In this document: piece after piece, positions 26,738 to 35,969 of the stretch | How the letters are laid out: the number at the start of each line of letters is the position of its first letter | Numbering within the stretch: the stretch's first letter is position 1 | Assembly: GCA_038209745.1 (NCBI GenBank) | Contig: JBBQXJ010000014.1 | Span: forward strand, 1 to 64,000 | DNA: 64,000 nucleotides | Direction of reading: 5' to 3' | Source of the DNA: Verrucomicrobiota bacterium | GTDB taxonomy: Bacteria > Verrucomicrobiota > Verrucomicrobiia > Limisphaerales > CANJSG01 | The notes under the pieces: generated by a model | Database searches by the model: none | Told to the model about the DNA's origin: nothing | The model's input: only the letters and a program-made list of their open reading frames with translations | Translations under genes and position numbers: made by a program

Positions 26738-27760
26738 TCATGTCTCCCGCTTGCGCGCTGCGATCAACTCGGCCGCTTTCTGGGTGATGATCCTTTCGCA
26801 CTCGGTCACTTCCTCGCGGCGTTGCTTGAGGTAGCTGTCGGCGATGGCCTGGAGGTCGTCCACGTTGTAGAGGTAGACGTTCTCCAGAAAGTTGACCTCC
26901 GGCTCGATGTCCCGGGGCACGGCGATGTCGATGAGGAGCAGGGGCCGGTTGTGCCGGAGGGACAGCAGCGGCGCGAGCTTGGCGCGGTCGAGCACGTAGT
27001 GCGGCGCCGAGGTGGAGCTGATGACGATGTCGATGTCCGAGAAGACGGACGCCCATTGGTCGAAATGGATCGCGCGGCCGCCCAGTTCTCCGGCCAGTTC
27101 CTCGGCACGCTCGTAGGAGCGGTTGGAGACCAGGATGCTCTTGGCGCCCCGGCTGAGCAGGGCGCGGGCGGCCTTTTCCGAAGTGTCGCCCGCACCCAGG
27201 ACCATGACCTGACGCTGGTCGAGCGAGCCGAAGATCTTCTCGGCCAGCTCGACGCTGGCGGAGGCGATCGAAATGCTGCCGCGCTGGATGTTCGTCTCGG
27301 TGCGGATCTGTTTGGCGACGTTGAACGCCTTCTGGAAGGCCTTGTTGAGGCGGGCGCCGGTGTGCTTGTGCTGGAGGGCGAGATCGTAGGCCTTCTTGAG
27401 TTGGCCGAGGATCTCCGTTTCCCCGAGCACCATCGAATCGAGGCCGCTGGCGACCTTGAACAGGTGCTCCAGACTGTCGGGTTCCCCCAGGCGGTAGAGC
27501 TCCGCTCCGATAGGGTCGGTGTGCTGGCGCGACTCGGCGAGGAAGCGTTCCAAGCGGACGAAGGCCTCGCTTTCGTTGAGCGGAGTGGCGGCGTAGAGCT
27601 CCACCCGGTTGCAGGTGGAGAGAATGACCGCCTCGCTGACGAGGCCGGACTCGCGGAGCTGGGCGAGCGTTGCGGGGATGTGGTGTTCCGCGAAGGCGAA
27701 GCGTTCCCGCAGGCTCACGGGCGCCGTGTGATGGCTGAGGCCGAGGACGAGAACGTTCAC
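26738..27760 (-). CDS. hemA: Glutamyl-tRNA reductase (short form, 340 aa)
   Basis: GLSHHTAP, ILSTCNRVELY, SGLDSMVLGETEILGQ, GAGDT and DIAVPRDI. The GTG start overlaps the upstream stop (GTGA). Confidence 0.96.
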   Translation of the reverse strand: MNVLVLGLSHHTAPVSLRERFAFAEHHIPATLAQLRESGLVSEAVILSTCNRVELYAATPLNESEAFVRLERFLAESRQHTDPIGAELYRLGEPDSLEHLFKVASGLDSMVLGETEILGQLKKAYDLALQHKHTGARLNKAFQKAFNVAKQIRTETNIQRGSISIASASVELAEKIFGSLDQRQVMVLGAGDTSEKAARALLSRGAKSILVSNRSYERAEELAGELGGRAIHFDQWASVFSDIDIVISSTSAPHYVLDRAKLAPLLSLRHNRPLLLIDIAVPRDIEPEVNFLENVYLYNVDDLQAIADSYLKQRREEVTECERIITQKAAELIAARKRET

Positions 27761-28575
27761 GGGTGATGGATGGCGGAGCCGAGGTTTGCTCCCCAGAAAG
27801 TCAGGACGATGATGGCGAAGCCGAGAACCGCGCCCCAGGCGAAGCGTCGCCCGCGCTGGTCGAAGGCCCACCGCAGGACCATCAGCACCAGATACAGCAG
27901 CCACAGGCCGGCGGACCAGATGACCTTGAGGTCGCCGAAGAAGGTCTTTCCCTCCGGCAGCGGCACCCAGAGAGCGCCCACGGCCAGACCCGCGGTCAAC
28001 AGGGTGAAGCCGGCGATCATCAGGCGACCGATGGTTTGTTCGAGCTTCTGGATCGAAGGCAGCAACGACAGCAGAGCGCGGGTCTTGTGCCGTTTGAGGT
28101 CGTTCTCCTGGGTGAGGAACATGAGACCCGCCACGGAGGCCAGACCGAAGGCGCCGTAGCCGAGGATGACGAGGGCCGCATGCAGGCTGGTGGGACCGTT
28201 GGCGAAGTTCGGGTGGCCGCCATGCTTCACGTCAAGAGACGGCATCAGAGCGAACACCCCGAGCGAAAAAAGCACGGGCGAGGTGAAGACCCCGACGAAG
28301 CGCAGCTTGGGCGAAAAATTGAGCGCGTTGCAGATTCCAGCGAGGCTCCAGGTGAGGAAGACCATCGCTTCGTAGAGGTTGTTCACCGGGCAGCGGTCGA
28401 AGTAGATGCCACGTTTGCAGAGGGCCACGGTGTTCAGCGCGAAGCCGAAGAGGAGGATCCCGAAGTTGGTCCGGTCGTCCTGCCGGAAGCCGCGCCGCCA
28501 GAGGAAGACCGAATAGACCATGCTCGCGCCGTAGAAAACCACGGCGAGCGCGTAGAGGATGCGGTCGTTGAACAC
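27757..28575 (-). CDS. ccsA: Cytochrome c assembly protein (CcsA/HemX-like)
   Basis: About 8 TM segments; PVNNLYE, LHAAL, LPSIQKLE, DLKVIWS and terminal HH; translationally coupled to hemA. Confidence 0.8.
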   Translation of the reverse strand: MFNDRILYALAVVFYGASMVYSVFLWRRGFRQDDRTNFGILLFGFALNTVALCKRGIYFDRCPVNNLYEAMVFLTWSLAGICNALNFSPKLRFVGVFTSPVLFSLGVFALMPSLDVKHGGHPNFANGPTSLHAALVILGYGAFGLASVAGLMFLTQENDLKRHKTRALLSLLPSIQKLEQTIGRLMIAGFTLLTAGLAVGALWVPLPEGKTFFGDLKVIWSAGLWLLYLVLMVLRWAFDQRGRRFAWGAVLGFAIIVLTFWGANLGSAIHHP

Positions 28576-28653
28576 TGGCGAAAACTACGGGCAGGAACGG
28601 ATCGGGCAAGGAGGCAGTTGTTCTCGCGACAGGCGAGATTGGCCGCGGCAACC

Positions 28654-30045
28654 CTATTTTGGTGCGAGGGAGGCAGCGATGCGTCGGCCGAGCGAAGTGA
28701 AGGAAGGATCGCAGGGGTTGGCCTGGGAGGCGGCAAGGCCGGAAACGTAGGCGGTGGCGGAGGAGGTGCCGGAAACGATATACTGCTGGCCGTTCCAGTA
28801 GACGAGGGAGTTTCCGGGAGCCACGGCGTCCACGAAGGAGCCGTGGTTCGCATAGTCGGCAATGGCTCCGTTGCGGTCGGCGGCGGTGACGGCGACAACT
28901 TCGGAGTAGGCCGCCGGGTAGGTGGGCGCGGTGGTGGGGTCGTTGCCGGCCGCGGCGAAGACCAGCACGCCCTGGCTGCTGGCCTGCTGGATCACTTGAT
29001 GGAGGAAGTCGCTGTTGCCGGAGGAACCGAGGCTCAGATTGAGGATGTTCGCCCCGCTGGTGACGGCTTTGGAGATGCCCAGAGCGACGTCGTAGGTGGT
29101 GGTCGATTCTTGTCCGCCGTAGACATCCACCGGGAGCACTTGAAGGGAAGAGACGTTGGACTTGTTGTTGGCGGCAACGGTGGAAAGGAGCGTGCTGGCC
29201 ATCGAGGTGCCATGGGTCGGAGAGGTGGTGGAGGTCGTGGATCCGTCGCCGACCACGCTGACTGCCGGAAGCAAAAATGAATCGCGGGCGTCGCCGAACG
29301 GCTGGACTGGCGTGTCGATCAGACCGACGACGACGTTGCATCCGCCGTCTACCGGAGCTTTGAAACTCATGTTGAAGCCGCCGGAGCCACCAGATTCGGG
29401 CGTGCCTGGCGGTGGGACGGGGGATTCCATCCAATAGTTCGAGTCGATCCCCAACACATCGGGATTCTGGGCGAGGGCTTCGGTTCCGGCGTTGGCGGAC
29501 TTCGCGTCGTCGAACCGAAGGCGATAGATGCCGAGCGCGTCGTCGCGACCGACGACTTTGGCCCCGAGGCCACGGGCGAGGGCGTCGATGTCGGTGCCGG
29601 GCTTGACCTTTACCACGAGCTCGTTGTCGACGCGGCCGGAGTGCTTTCTGACCCTTGGGATGACGCGCGTGGCATTGTTTTTGGACGTTTCGAACACGAG
29701 CAACCGGGGCACCGAATTCGTTTCTGGAACGACGGAGTAGCTCAGGGATGCGAAAAGCAGTCCGAGGGCGCGGTCGATCGGGACCTCCTTGAACCGGGCT
29801 GAAATCGTTTTGGCCAACCCCGGTTCATAGGCGACTTCCCAGCCGGACTCCTTGGCGACGCGATCAAGCACCGTTTCGAGCGAGGCCCGATCGAAATCGG
29901 CATCCACGAGGCCGCTCTTGCCGTCCCATCGAAGCGCCGGCGAAGCGGGGGCGGCATTGGTGGAGAGGTTCCGAGCGCCGGCGGTCAACATCGTCGCCAA
30001 CAGCATCACCAACTGGAAAAGGAGGATGCGGGAGCGGCTGCTCAT
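28654..30045 (-). CDS. Secreted S8 (subtilisin-like) serine peptidase with N-terminal STN-like and prodomain regions
   Basis: Triad motifs VGLIDT, THGT and SGTSSAT; oxyanion AAAGN; YPAAY. Confidence 0.88.
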   Translation of the reverse strand: MSSRSRILLFQLVMLLATMLTAGARNLSTNAAPASPALRWDGKSGLVDADFDRASLETVLDRVAKESGWEVAYEPGLAKTISARFKEVPIDRALGLLFASLSYSVVPETNSVPRLLVFETSKNNATRVIPRVRKHSGRVDNELVVKVKPGTDIDALARGLGAKVVGRDDALGIYRLRFDDAKSANAGTEALAQNPDVLGIDSNYWMESPVPPPGTPESGGSGGFNMSFKAPVDGGCNVVVGLIDTPVQPFGDARDSFLLPAVSVVGDGSTTSTTSPTHGTSMASTLLSTVAANNKSNVSSLQVLPVDVYGGQESTTTYDVALGISKAVTSGANILNLSLGSSGNSDFLHQVIQQASSQGVLVFAAAGNDPTTAPTYPAAYSEVVAVTAADRNGAIADYANHGSFVDAVAPGNSLVYWNGQQYIVSGTSSATAYVSGLAASQANPCDPSFTSLGRRIAASLAPK

Positions 30046-30068
30046 CGATGGGCGGAACGTCATGGGGG

Positions 30069-31664
30069 TTAGGGACGGCGCAAGCGGTAAATCTGCTGCG
30101 CGTTCGTGGAGACCATCGTGACGACGTTCCGGTTACCGACCGGCGCCGGAGGGTGGGCCACGGTGGTCCAGACGGCCGGCAGACCGGACGATTCTTCCAG
30201 GACGAAGCCATCCGGGGCAAGCGGCCAGGAAACGGCGACCGACTGGTCCGTAGCGGAGATTTCGAGCTGTTGGGCGTAGAATTCAAACACCAGCGAGTAG
30301 GTTTCTTCGGGGGAGACACGACCACTGCCGGGGTTGCCGCCGTTTTTTACCACCTGCAGATCGTATCGACCGGGCGGGACGGCCGCGAGATGCAGGTGTT
30401 CGACGTTGTTCACGAAGGTGGTGCTTTGGCCGAGGATGGCTTCAGACTCGGTTTTGACCAGATAGAGGTCGAGATCGTTCAAGGCAGTGCGGCCAGATTG
30501 CATGTTCCAGACCAGGGTGATTGTCGCTCCATACGAATTCGGGCCGGGCGGAAGGTCGACATAGTGATGTTGGATGGCGTCCTGGGCGGCGGTGTTGGTG
30601 ATGGAGGAAAACGTCCACCCGACCCGGTTTGTATGGGTGGCTGTTGATTGACCCGGCGGGTGAGAGGTTCCGGTCGGCACAGCCGTGGTCTCGCCGGGAA
30701 ACGTCCGGCCGCCGAGGAGCTGGTTCCACGAGTTGAACACGTTGAGGATACCGGCGCCATAGCGGGTATCCAAAGGCTGGTTGGTCGGAGCGGTCCAATC
30801 GACCGGCTTGACGGCTCCATTGAGCAGAAGCGCCTTCAGGACCCGCGTGTCGGCCGCGTTGGTATCCCTTCCGTCGCCTCGAAGAGCTGCTTGCAGGAGC
30901 AGTGCGGCGGCACCGGCGACCTGCGGAGTGGAAAAGCTCGTCGCACCCGCAGGGGCTGTGATGTCGGGTTTGGAACGGGCGTTGTCGACGGTCGGCCCGA
31001 TGCTGGAGGCGCCCCCAAAGGCCGCCACCCCAAGTCCGTTATAGGCGGTGGCGGGCGAATAGGTGCTTCCGCCGTTGCCGATGCCGCTGACGAAGAGGAC
31101 GTTGAATTTGTCGGAGTAGTCGTCGTAGTTCCGGTTTATGAAGGCCTGTTCAGTCGCGACTGTGGTGCTGAAGATGAAGCTCTGGTTGACGATCCGCGCC
31201 GGAATGGCCGTCTGGGGACCTATGATGGACTCATAGAAAAAGTCAGCTTCGTAGCAGTCCACACCTGCCGCGCCCGGGGCGAATCCAGAAGCACTCCCGT
31301 AGAACAATGAAGCCACGGAATTGGCGTGTCCCGATTCAATGCCGACAGAATTCGGGAAAATCGTCGCAGTCCCGTTGGAACTTGTGTAGGTAAAGGCCGT
31401 TCCGGTTCGCGCGAAGGCTGGATTGGGCTGCCAGCGAGTGGTGTTCTCAAGCTCGACTCCTTCGGCTTGAGCGACCTGGATTCCGGAACCGTCCAACCCG
31501 GGAGACAGCGAGCGGAGCAGTTGGAGACCGGTGAAATCGGCTGCCGACAAGCGGCCAAGGCAGGGAGCGATTCCGGCCAAAAACAGCAGAAAAAGCAGAG
31601 TGGCTCTCGGATTTAAACGGCGAGCCGGACGGGTTGCGTGTAGCAGTTTCAACTTGCGACTCAC
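30069..31664 (-). CDS. Secreted S8-family peptidase with C-terminal tail domain
   Basis: GSGIQVAQAEG, SGHANSVA, GIGNGG, KPDITAP...TSFSTPQVAGAAALL, KALLLNGA and YGAG. Confidence 0.85.
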   Translation of the reverse strand: MSRKLKLLHATRPARRLNPRATLLFLLFLAGIAPCLGRLSAADFTGLQLLRSLSPGLDGSGIQVAQAEGVELENTTRWQPNPAFARTGTAFTYTSSNGTATIFPNSVGIESGHANSVASLFYGSASGFAPGAAGVDCYEADFFYESIIGPQTAIPARIVNQSFIFSTTVATEQAFINRNYDDYSDKFNVLFVSGIGNGGSTYSPATAYNGLGVAAFGGASSIGPTVDNARSKPDITAPAGATSFSTPQVAGAAALLLQAALRGDGRDTNAADTRVLKALLLNGAVKPVDWTAPTNQPLDTRYGAGILNVFNSWNQLLGGRTFPGETTAVPTGTSHPPGQSTATHTNRVGWTFSSITNTAAQDAIQHHYVDLPPGPNSYGATITLVWNMQSGRTALNDLDLYLVKTESEAILGQSTTFVNNVEHLHLAAVPPGRYDLQVVKNGGNPGSGRVSPEETYSLVFEFYAQQLEISATDQSVAVSWPLAPDGFVLEESSGLPAVWTTVAHPPAPVGNRNVVTMVSTNAQQIYRLRRP

Positions 31665-31696
31665 TGTAACTCTTTGTTAAAGGCAGCGATACAATT

Positions 31697-32452
31697 ATGG
31701 CAGCGATTGGCCGATTCCAAAAGGGCGACGATATTTTCTACGCCAAAGTGGTCGACGGTGAGCTTTTTAGGCTGATCGGAGATGTCTTCGGTTCGCCCTC
31801 TTTCGAGAAGAAAGCGACCCCCGCCAAGGGGATCAAGACACTGGTGCCGGTCGTCCCGTCGAAAATCATCGCGGTGGGGCTCAACTACGCCGATCACGCG
31901 CGGGAATCTGGCAAGGCCTTGCCGAAGGAGCCTCTCTTCTGGCTCAAGGCGAACACGTCCCTCATTCCCGACGGGGCCAAGATCGAGATTCCCTTTGCCC
32001 CGCATCGCACGGACTACGAGGCCGAATTGGCCATCGTCATCGGCCGCCGGGTGCGCAATGTGACTCCAGCAGCGGCCGCGCGCTACATCTTCGGCTACAC
32101 GGCCGCCCAGGACATCACCGACCGCACCATCCAGGCCGCCGAAAGCCAGTGGGCCCGATGCAAATCCTTCGATACCTTTACCCCGGTCGGCCCGTATGTG
32201 GAGACCAAGATCGACCCGCATGATCTGAGCATCCAGCTCTTTCAGAACGGCCAGCTTCGCCAGAACGGGAACACCAGCCAGCTCATCTTCAACTGCTTCG
32301 ACATCGTCAGCTTCGTCTCGACGAACATGACGCTGCTCCCGGGCGACATCATCCTCACGGGCACTCCCAGCGGCATCGGCCCGATCGAATCCGGTGACCG
32401 TCTTGAAGTGCGTATTCAGGGACTGTCTCCTCTGGTCAACTCGGTGAAATAG
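31697..32452 (+). CDS. Fumarylacetoacetate hydrolase family protein
   Basis: PSKIIAVGLNYADH, DYEAELAIVIG, KSFDTFTPVGP and LLPGDIILTGTPSG. Confidence 0.93.
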   Translation: MAAIGRFQKGDDIFYAKVVDGELFRLIGDVFGSPSFEKKATPAKGIKTLVPVVPSKIIAVGLNYADHARESGKALPKEPLFWLKANTSLIPDGAKIEIPFAPHRTDYEAELAIVIGRRVRNVTPAAAARYIFGYTAAQDITDRTIQAAESQWARCKSFDTFTPVGPYVETKIDPHDLSIQLFQNGQLRQNGNTSQLIFNCFDIVSFVSTNMTLLPGDIILTGTPSGIGPIESGDRLEVRIQGLSPLVNSVK

Positions 32453-32552
32453 GCGCGCGCCGATCTGGCCCTGCAAGTGGAGCCTCCAAGCCCTGTTTTC
32501 ACCGGCTCCGTTTCCGCTTCCCGCTCCATCGCGGCGTTTTTGGGAATCGGGC

Positions 32553-33446
32553 CTACTCCTCCGGCGTAACCGCGTCGCTCCGGACCACCCGGACTTGCAC
32601 GGAGAGCTTTTGTTTCTGTGAACCTTTGAAGATTCCCTTGAGCGGCGGCACATCGGCGTAGTCGCGACCGATGCCGATCTGCACGTGCCGCTCGCTCTCC
32701 CTCATTTTGTTCGTCGGATCGAATCCGATCCACATGCCGTTCGGAGCATGGACCTCGAGCCAGGCGTGGCTGGCTGCGGAGCCGATCATCTCCGGGTCGT
32801 TCCGCTGTTTGTCGCCGGCGGGCGGATCGCTCTCGATATAGCCACTGACGTAGCGGGCGGGAATGCCGGCGCAGCGACACAGGGCGATCATCAAGTGGGT
32901 GAAGTCCTGACAGACGCCTTCTCCGGTGGCCAAGAATTGGGAGACCGTGGTGGTCACGTCCGTGGAGCCGGGGCGATAACGGTATTTGGAAAAGATGTGG
33001 CGGTTCAGCCGGTGCAACGCCTCGCTGAAATTCGCCGAAGGCGGAAGGAGATCACGGGCCATGGCCCGGACGTTTCCATCGAAGTGGACGAAGGTGGAGG
33101 GGCGGAGGAAGTCGTGCAGCTCGCGGCGCTTCTCGTGGTTCACGGCCTGGGCCTCGCTGATGCTGAGGTCCAGACCGGAGAGGGCGTCGTTGAGTTCGAA
33201 AGTCTGCACCTGGCAGAGGGACGTGACGGTGAGCGCGGAATGGCGGAAGGGGACGGCGATCGCCTCGACGATGTTGCCGAAATAGTCGGTATAGCTGTCC
33301 ACGACCACGGCGGGCTGGACGCTGGTGTTGTGGCGAGTGACGCGCTGTTTGAGATTGTCGCGCGGGCGCAAGCGCAGCTCGCTGAAAGCCTCGGTGGCCG
33401 GGGCCGAGTAGGTGTATTCGGTCGTGTGCTCGATGAGAAACTGCAT
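32553..33446 (-). CDS. Transglutaminase-like protein with bacterial N-terminal domain
   Basis: IEHTTEYTY, GVCQDFTH (Cys), ARYVSGY, SHAWLEV (His), FDPTN (Asp) and GRDYADVPP. Confidence 0.93.
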   Translation of the reverse strand: MQFLIEHTTEYTYSAPATEAFSELRLRPRDNLKQRVTRHNTSVQPAVVVDSYTDYFGNIVEAIAVPFRHSALTVTSLCQVQTFELNDALSGLDLSISEAQAVNHEKRRELHDFLRPSTFVHFDGNVRAMARDLLPPSANFSEALHRLNRHIFSKYRYRPGSTDVTTTVSQFLATGEGVCQDFTHLMIALCRCAGIPARYVSGYIESDPPAGDKQRNDPEMIGSAASHAWLEVHAPNGMWIGFDPTNKMRESERHVQIGIGRDYADVPPLKGIFKGSQKQKLSVQVRVVRSDAVTPEE

Positions 33447-33452
33447 GGCAGG

Positions 33453-35960
33453 TCAGCGGAGGATGTTGAACGCCTGGTGGTGCAGGTAATGGTCGGAGAT
33501 GGTGCTCGACAGCTGCGAAAGTCGCTCACAGATGCTGTCGGCCAATCGTCCGAGACGACGGTCGGGTTCGTTCGGTCCGGTCGGAAAGAACTCGTCGAGG
33601 TCGGTGAACTCAATGTCCGCCGCGAGCTTGGAGGCCATTCGCAGCGGAGCCGAGGCTGTGTCTTCCGCCCGGCCGGCGAGGACCGACCGCAGGCTGGAGA
33701 GGATCTCGTCCATGCAGTAGCGGAGCCCTCGTGGAAGGTGTCCGTCCTGAAGGATGAGCGTGGTGACGTTGCAAAGGTTGGGGCGTGACTGGAACAGGCT
33801 ACGATAGGCGTATTGACAGGCCAACAGCCGCAGGAGGCAGTCCGCGATTTCTTCAACTTGGCGCTCGGCGCCGTTGCGGTTTTGGCTGCGGGGTTGGACG
33901 GCTTCCCGACTGACGAGGACGGTGACCAAGGCGCGTTCCAAATGGCAGCCGAGGCTCCAGAAGTGCCAGCCATCGTCGCGAAGCATGTGGCGGCCGGCGG
34001 CGCCGCTGAGCGCGTCGAACTGGGCGAGCAGCTCCTGGGTGAGACCTTGGATATCGACGATGGCCACCCGGCCCGGGGCCGCGCCGACGTTGGCGGTCTC
34101 CACGATCTGGTGGATCCGGTCGATCACCCGCCATAGCTCGGGCGGGGTGCTTTCGCGGATCGCGAGGATGTTGTCGCGACAGGCTCGGATGCAGCCGGCG
34201 ACGGAGGCGGGGTTTTTCGCGTCGAGGAGCAGGGTGGTGAGAGCGGGGCGGAGATCGATCCCGCGACGGCCTCGCGGGCGGGCGATTCGATGCCCGGTCG
34301 TCTTCTCCAAAGTGGCCCGGAGGAAGGCGTCGAGGGAGTGGGTCTGGCGCCCTTCGGTTTCGGCGTTGATCTGGTCGATGACACGGAGCAGTCGTGTGGC
34401 GTTCTCGGCGCGTTCGGCATACCGGCCCAACCAGAGGAGTCGATCGGCGATGCGACTGCCCAGGCGGAGGCGCCGTTCGGGCGACTGGATGATAATGGTG
34501 CGCGCGGGTGAATCGGACTCCTTCGGGCCGTGCAGAATCCAAGTGTCCTTCAGGCCGCCGCCGCGTCCCAGGGAGATGGAGCGGGTCTTGGCGTCGGCGG
34601 CGAAACGGGTGAGCGCACAGGGCAGGACGCGGGTCTTGCGGCCGGAGAGCGCGAAGACCCGCAGGCCGGAGTGCCGCTCTTCGAGGCCGCCGGCGTTGAA
34701 ACACGGAAGCGGATCGCGCGGAAGAAGAGGTTCGGCGACGAAGCTCGACGGGGCAGCCATAATGGTCCGGCGCAGGGTCTCCATTTCGCCGTCGGACAGT
34801 TCATCGGCCAGCCAGCGCGACTCGTCTGGCCGGGCATGGACCGGAGCGACGAAGCAGCTTTCCAGTCTGGAAAGGGCGGCCTCGCGGCCGTCCGGATCAC
34901 GCAGGGCGTACCGTTCGACGGTGGGAAGCAGGAGCGGCTCGTTCAGGTAGAACTTGGACAGCCGGTTGAGCATGGACGCGATGACGCGGTTGGAGGCGAC
35001 GCCGGCCCCGATGGCATTGACGACGCTGGTGGTCCGCTTCCGGACGCAGCTCAGCAGCGCGGGGATTCCGTAGGGGCTTTCGGGATCGAGGGTCAGTGGA
35101 TCGAGCTGCGAATCCTCGATCCGGCGGAAGACGACGTCGATGGGCTCGAGTCCGCCGATGGTCTTGAGATGGATGCTGGTGTTGAGCACCGTCAAGTCGT
35201 CCCCACGGACCAGAGGCACGCCCATCAACCGCGCGAGGTGCCCGTGTTCGAAGTAGTCCGGAGAGTCCGGGCCGGAGGAGAGCATGACCACGCGCGGTTC
35301 CGTCGAGCCGCCCCGCGAAAAGCCCCTGAAGTGCTCCAGCATGTCGGTCGCGAAATTACGGTGCGCCTGGATGTCGGCGAATTCCATCAGCCCGGCGGCC
35401 GCGCCGTTGATGACGTTGCGGGCGTGGAGCGCGTAGACCGCGCCCTTGGGAGTGGAGACGTGGTCCTCGATCACAGTCCATCTGCCCTGCGCGTCGCGGG
35501 CCAGATCGAAGGCGCAAAAATGGCAGAAGACGTCGTCGGGCACCTTGATCCCGACGGCGGGTCGGAGGTAGTCGGGGCTGTCGTAGACCAGCTCGAAGGG
35601 GATTATGCCGGCCTTGAGCACCTCCTGCGAATCGTGGATGTCGCGGAGGAAATGGTTCCAGATCGAGGCACGTTGCCGGATGCCGGCCTCCAGTCCGATC
35701 CATTCGGCGGGACCGATGACGCGCGGGAACAAGTCGAACGGGATCCGGCGCCGGTCGGGCGAGGATCGCAGCGACGTGGGCGCTGCGCTCAGGTCCTCGG
35801 TGAGCCGCTGGGACAGGTCAATGGAGCGGCGGATGTCGGGGATGTCGCCGGTTCGAAAATGGGAAAGGAGCCGCCTATAGACGTTTCCGACCGGAGTCGG
35901 GGTTCCGAGCGTTTCGTCCAGACTTCCGGAGGCCGTCCCGATCATGGGAAGGAGAGGCAC
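33453..35960 (-). CDS. Circularly permuted type-2 ATP-grasp fused to an alpha-E domain
   Basis: DLFPRVI, LKTIGGLEPIDVVFRRI and GGGLKDTW, then SRIADRLLWLGRYAERAEN and FWSLGCHLERA. Confidence 0.9.
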   Translation of the reverse strand: MPLLPMIGTASGSLDETLGTPTPVGNVYRRLLSHFRTGDIPDIRRSIDLSQRLTEDLSAAPTSLRSSPDRRRIPFDLFPRVIGPAEWIGLEAGIRQRASIWNHFLRDIHDSQEVLKAGIIPFELVYDSPDYLRPAVGIKVPDDVFCHFCAFDLARDAQGRWTVIEDHVSTPKGAVYALHARNVINGAAAGLMEFADIQAHRNFATDMLEHFRGFSRGGSTEPRVVMLSSGPDSPDYFEHGHLARLMGVPLVRGDDLTVLNTSIHLKTIGGLEPIDVVFRRIEDSQLDPLTLDPESPYGIPALLSCVRKRTTSVVNAIGAGVASNRVIASMLNRLSKFYLNEPLLLPTVERYALRDPDGREAALSRLESCFVAPVHARPDESRWLADELSDGEMETLRRTIMAAPSSFVAEPLLPRDPLPCFNAGGLEERHSGLRVFALSGRKTRVLPCALTRFAADAKTRSISLGRGGGLKDTWILHGPKESDSPARTIIIQSPERRLRLGSRIADRLLWLGRYAERAENATRLLRVIDQINAETEGRQTHSLDAFLRATLEKTTGHRIARPRGRRGIDLRPALTTLLLDAKNPASVAGCIRACRDNILAIRESTPPELWRVIDRIHQIVETANVGAAPGRVAIVDIQGLTQELLAQFDALSGAAGRHMLRDDGWHFWSLGCHLERALVTVLVSREAVQPRSQNRNGAERQVEEIADCLLRLLACQYAYRSLFQSRPNLCNVTTLILQDGHLPRGLRYCMDEILSSLRSVLAGRAEDTASAPLRMASKLAADIEFTDLDEFFPTGPNEPDRRLGRLADSICERLSQLSSTISDHYLHHQAFNILR

Positions 35961-35969
35961 GGAACGGGG

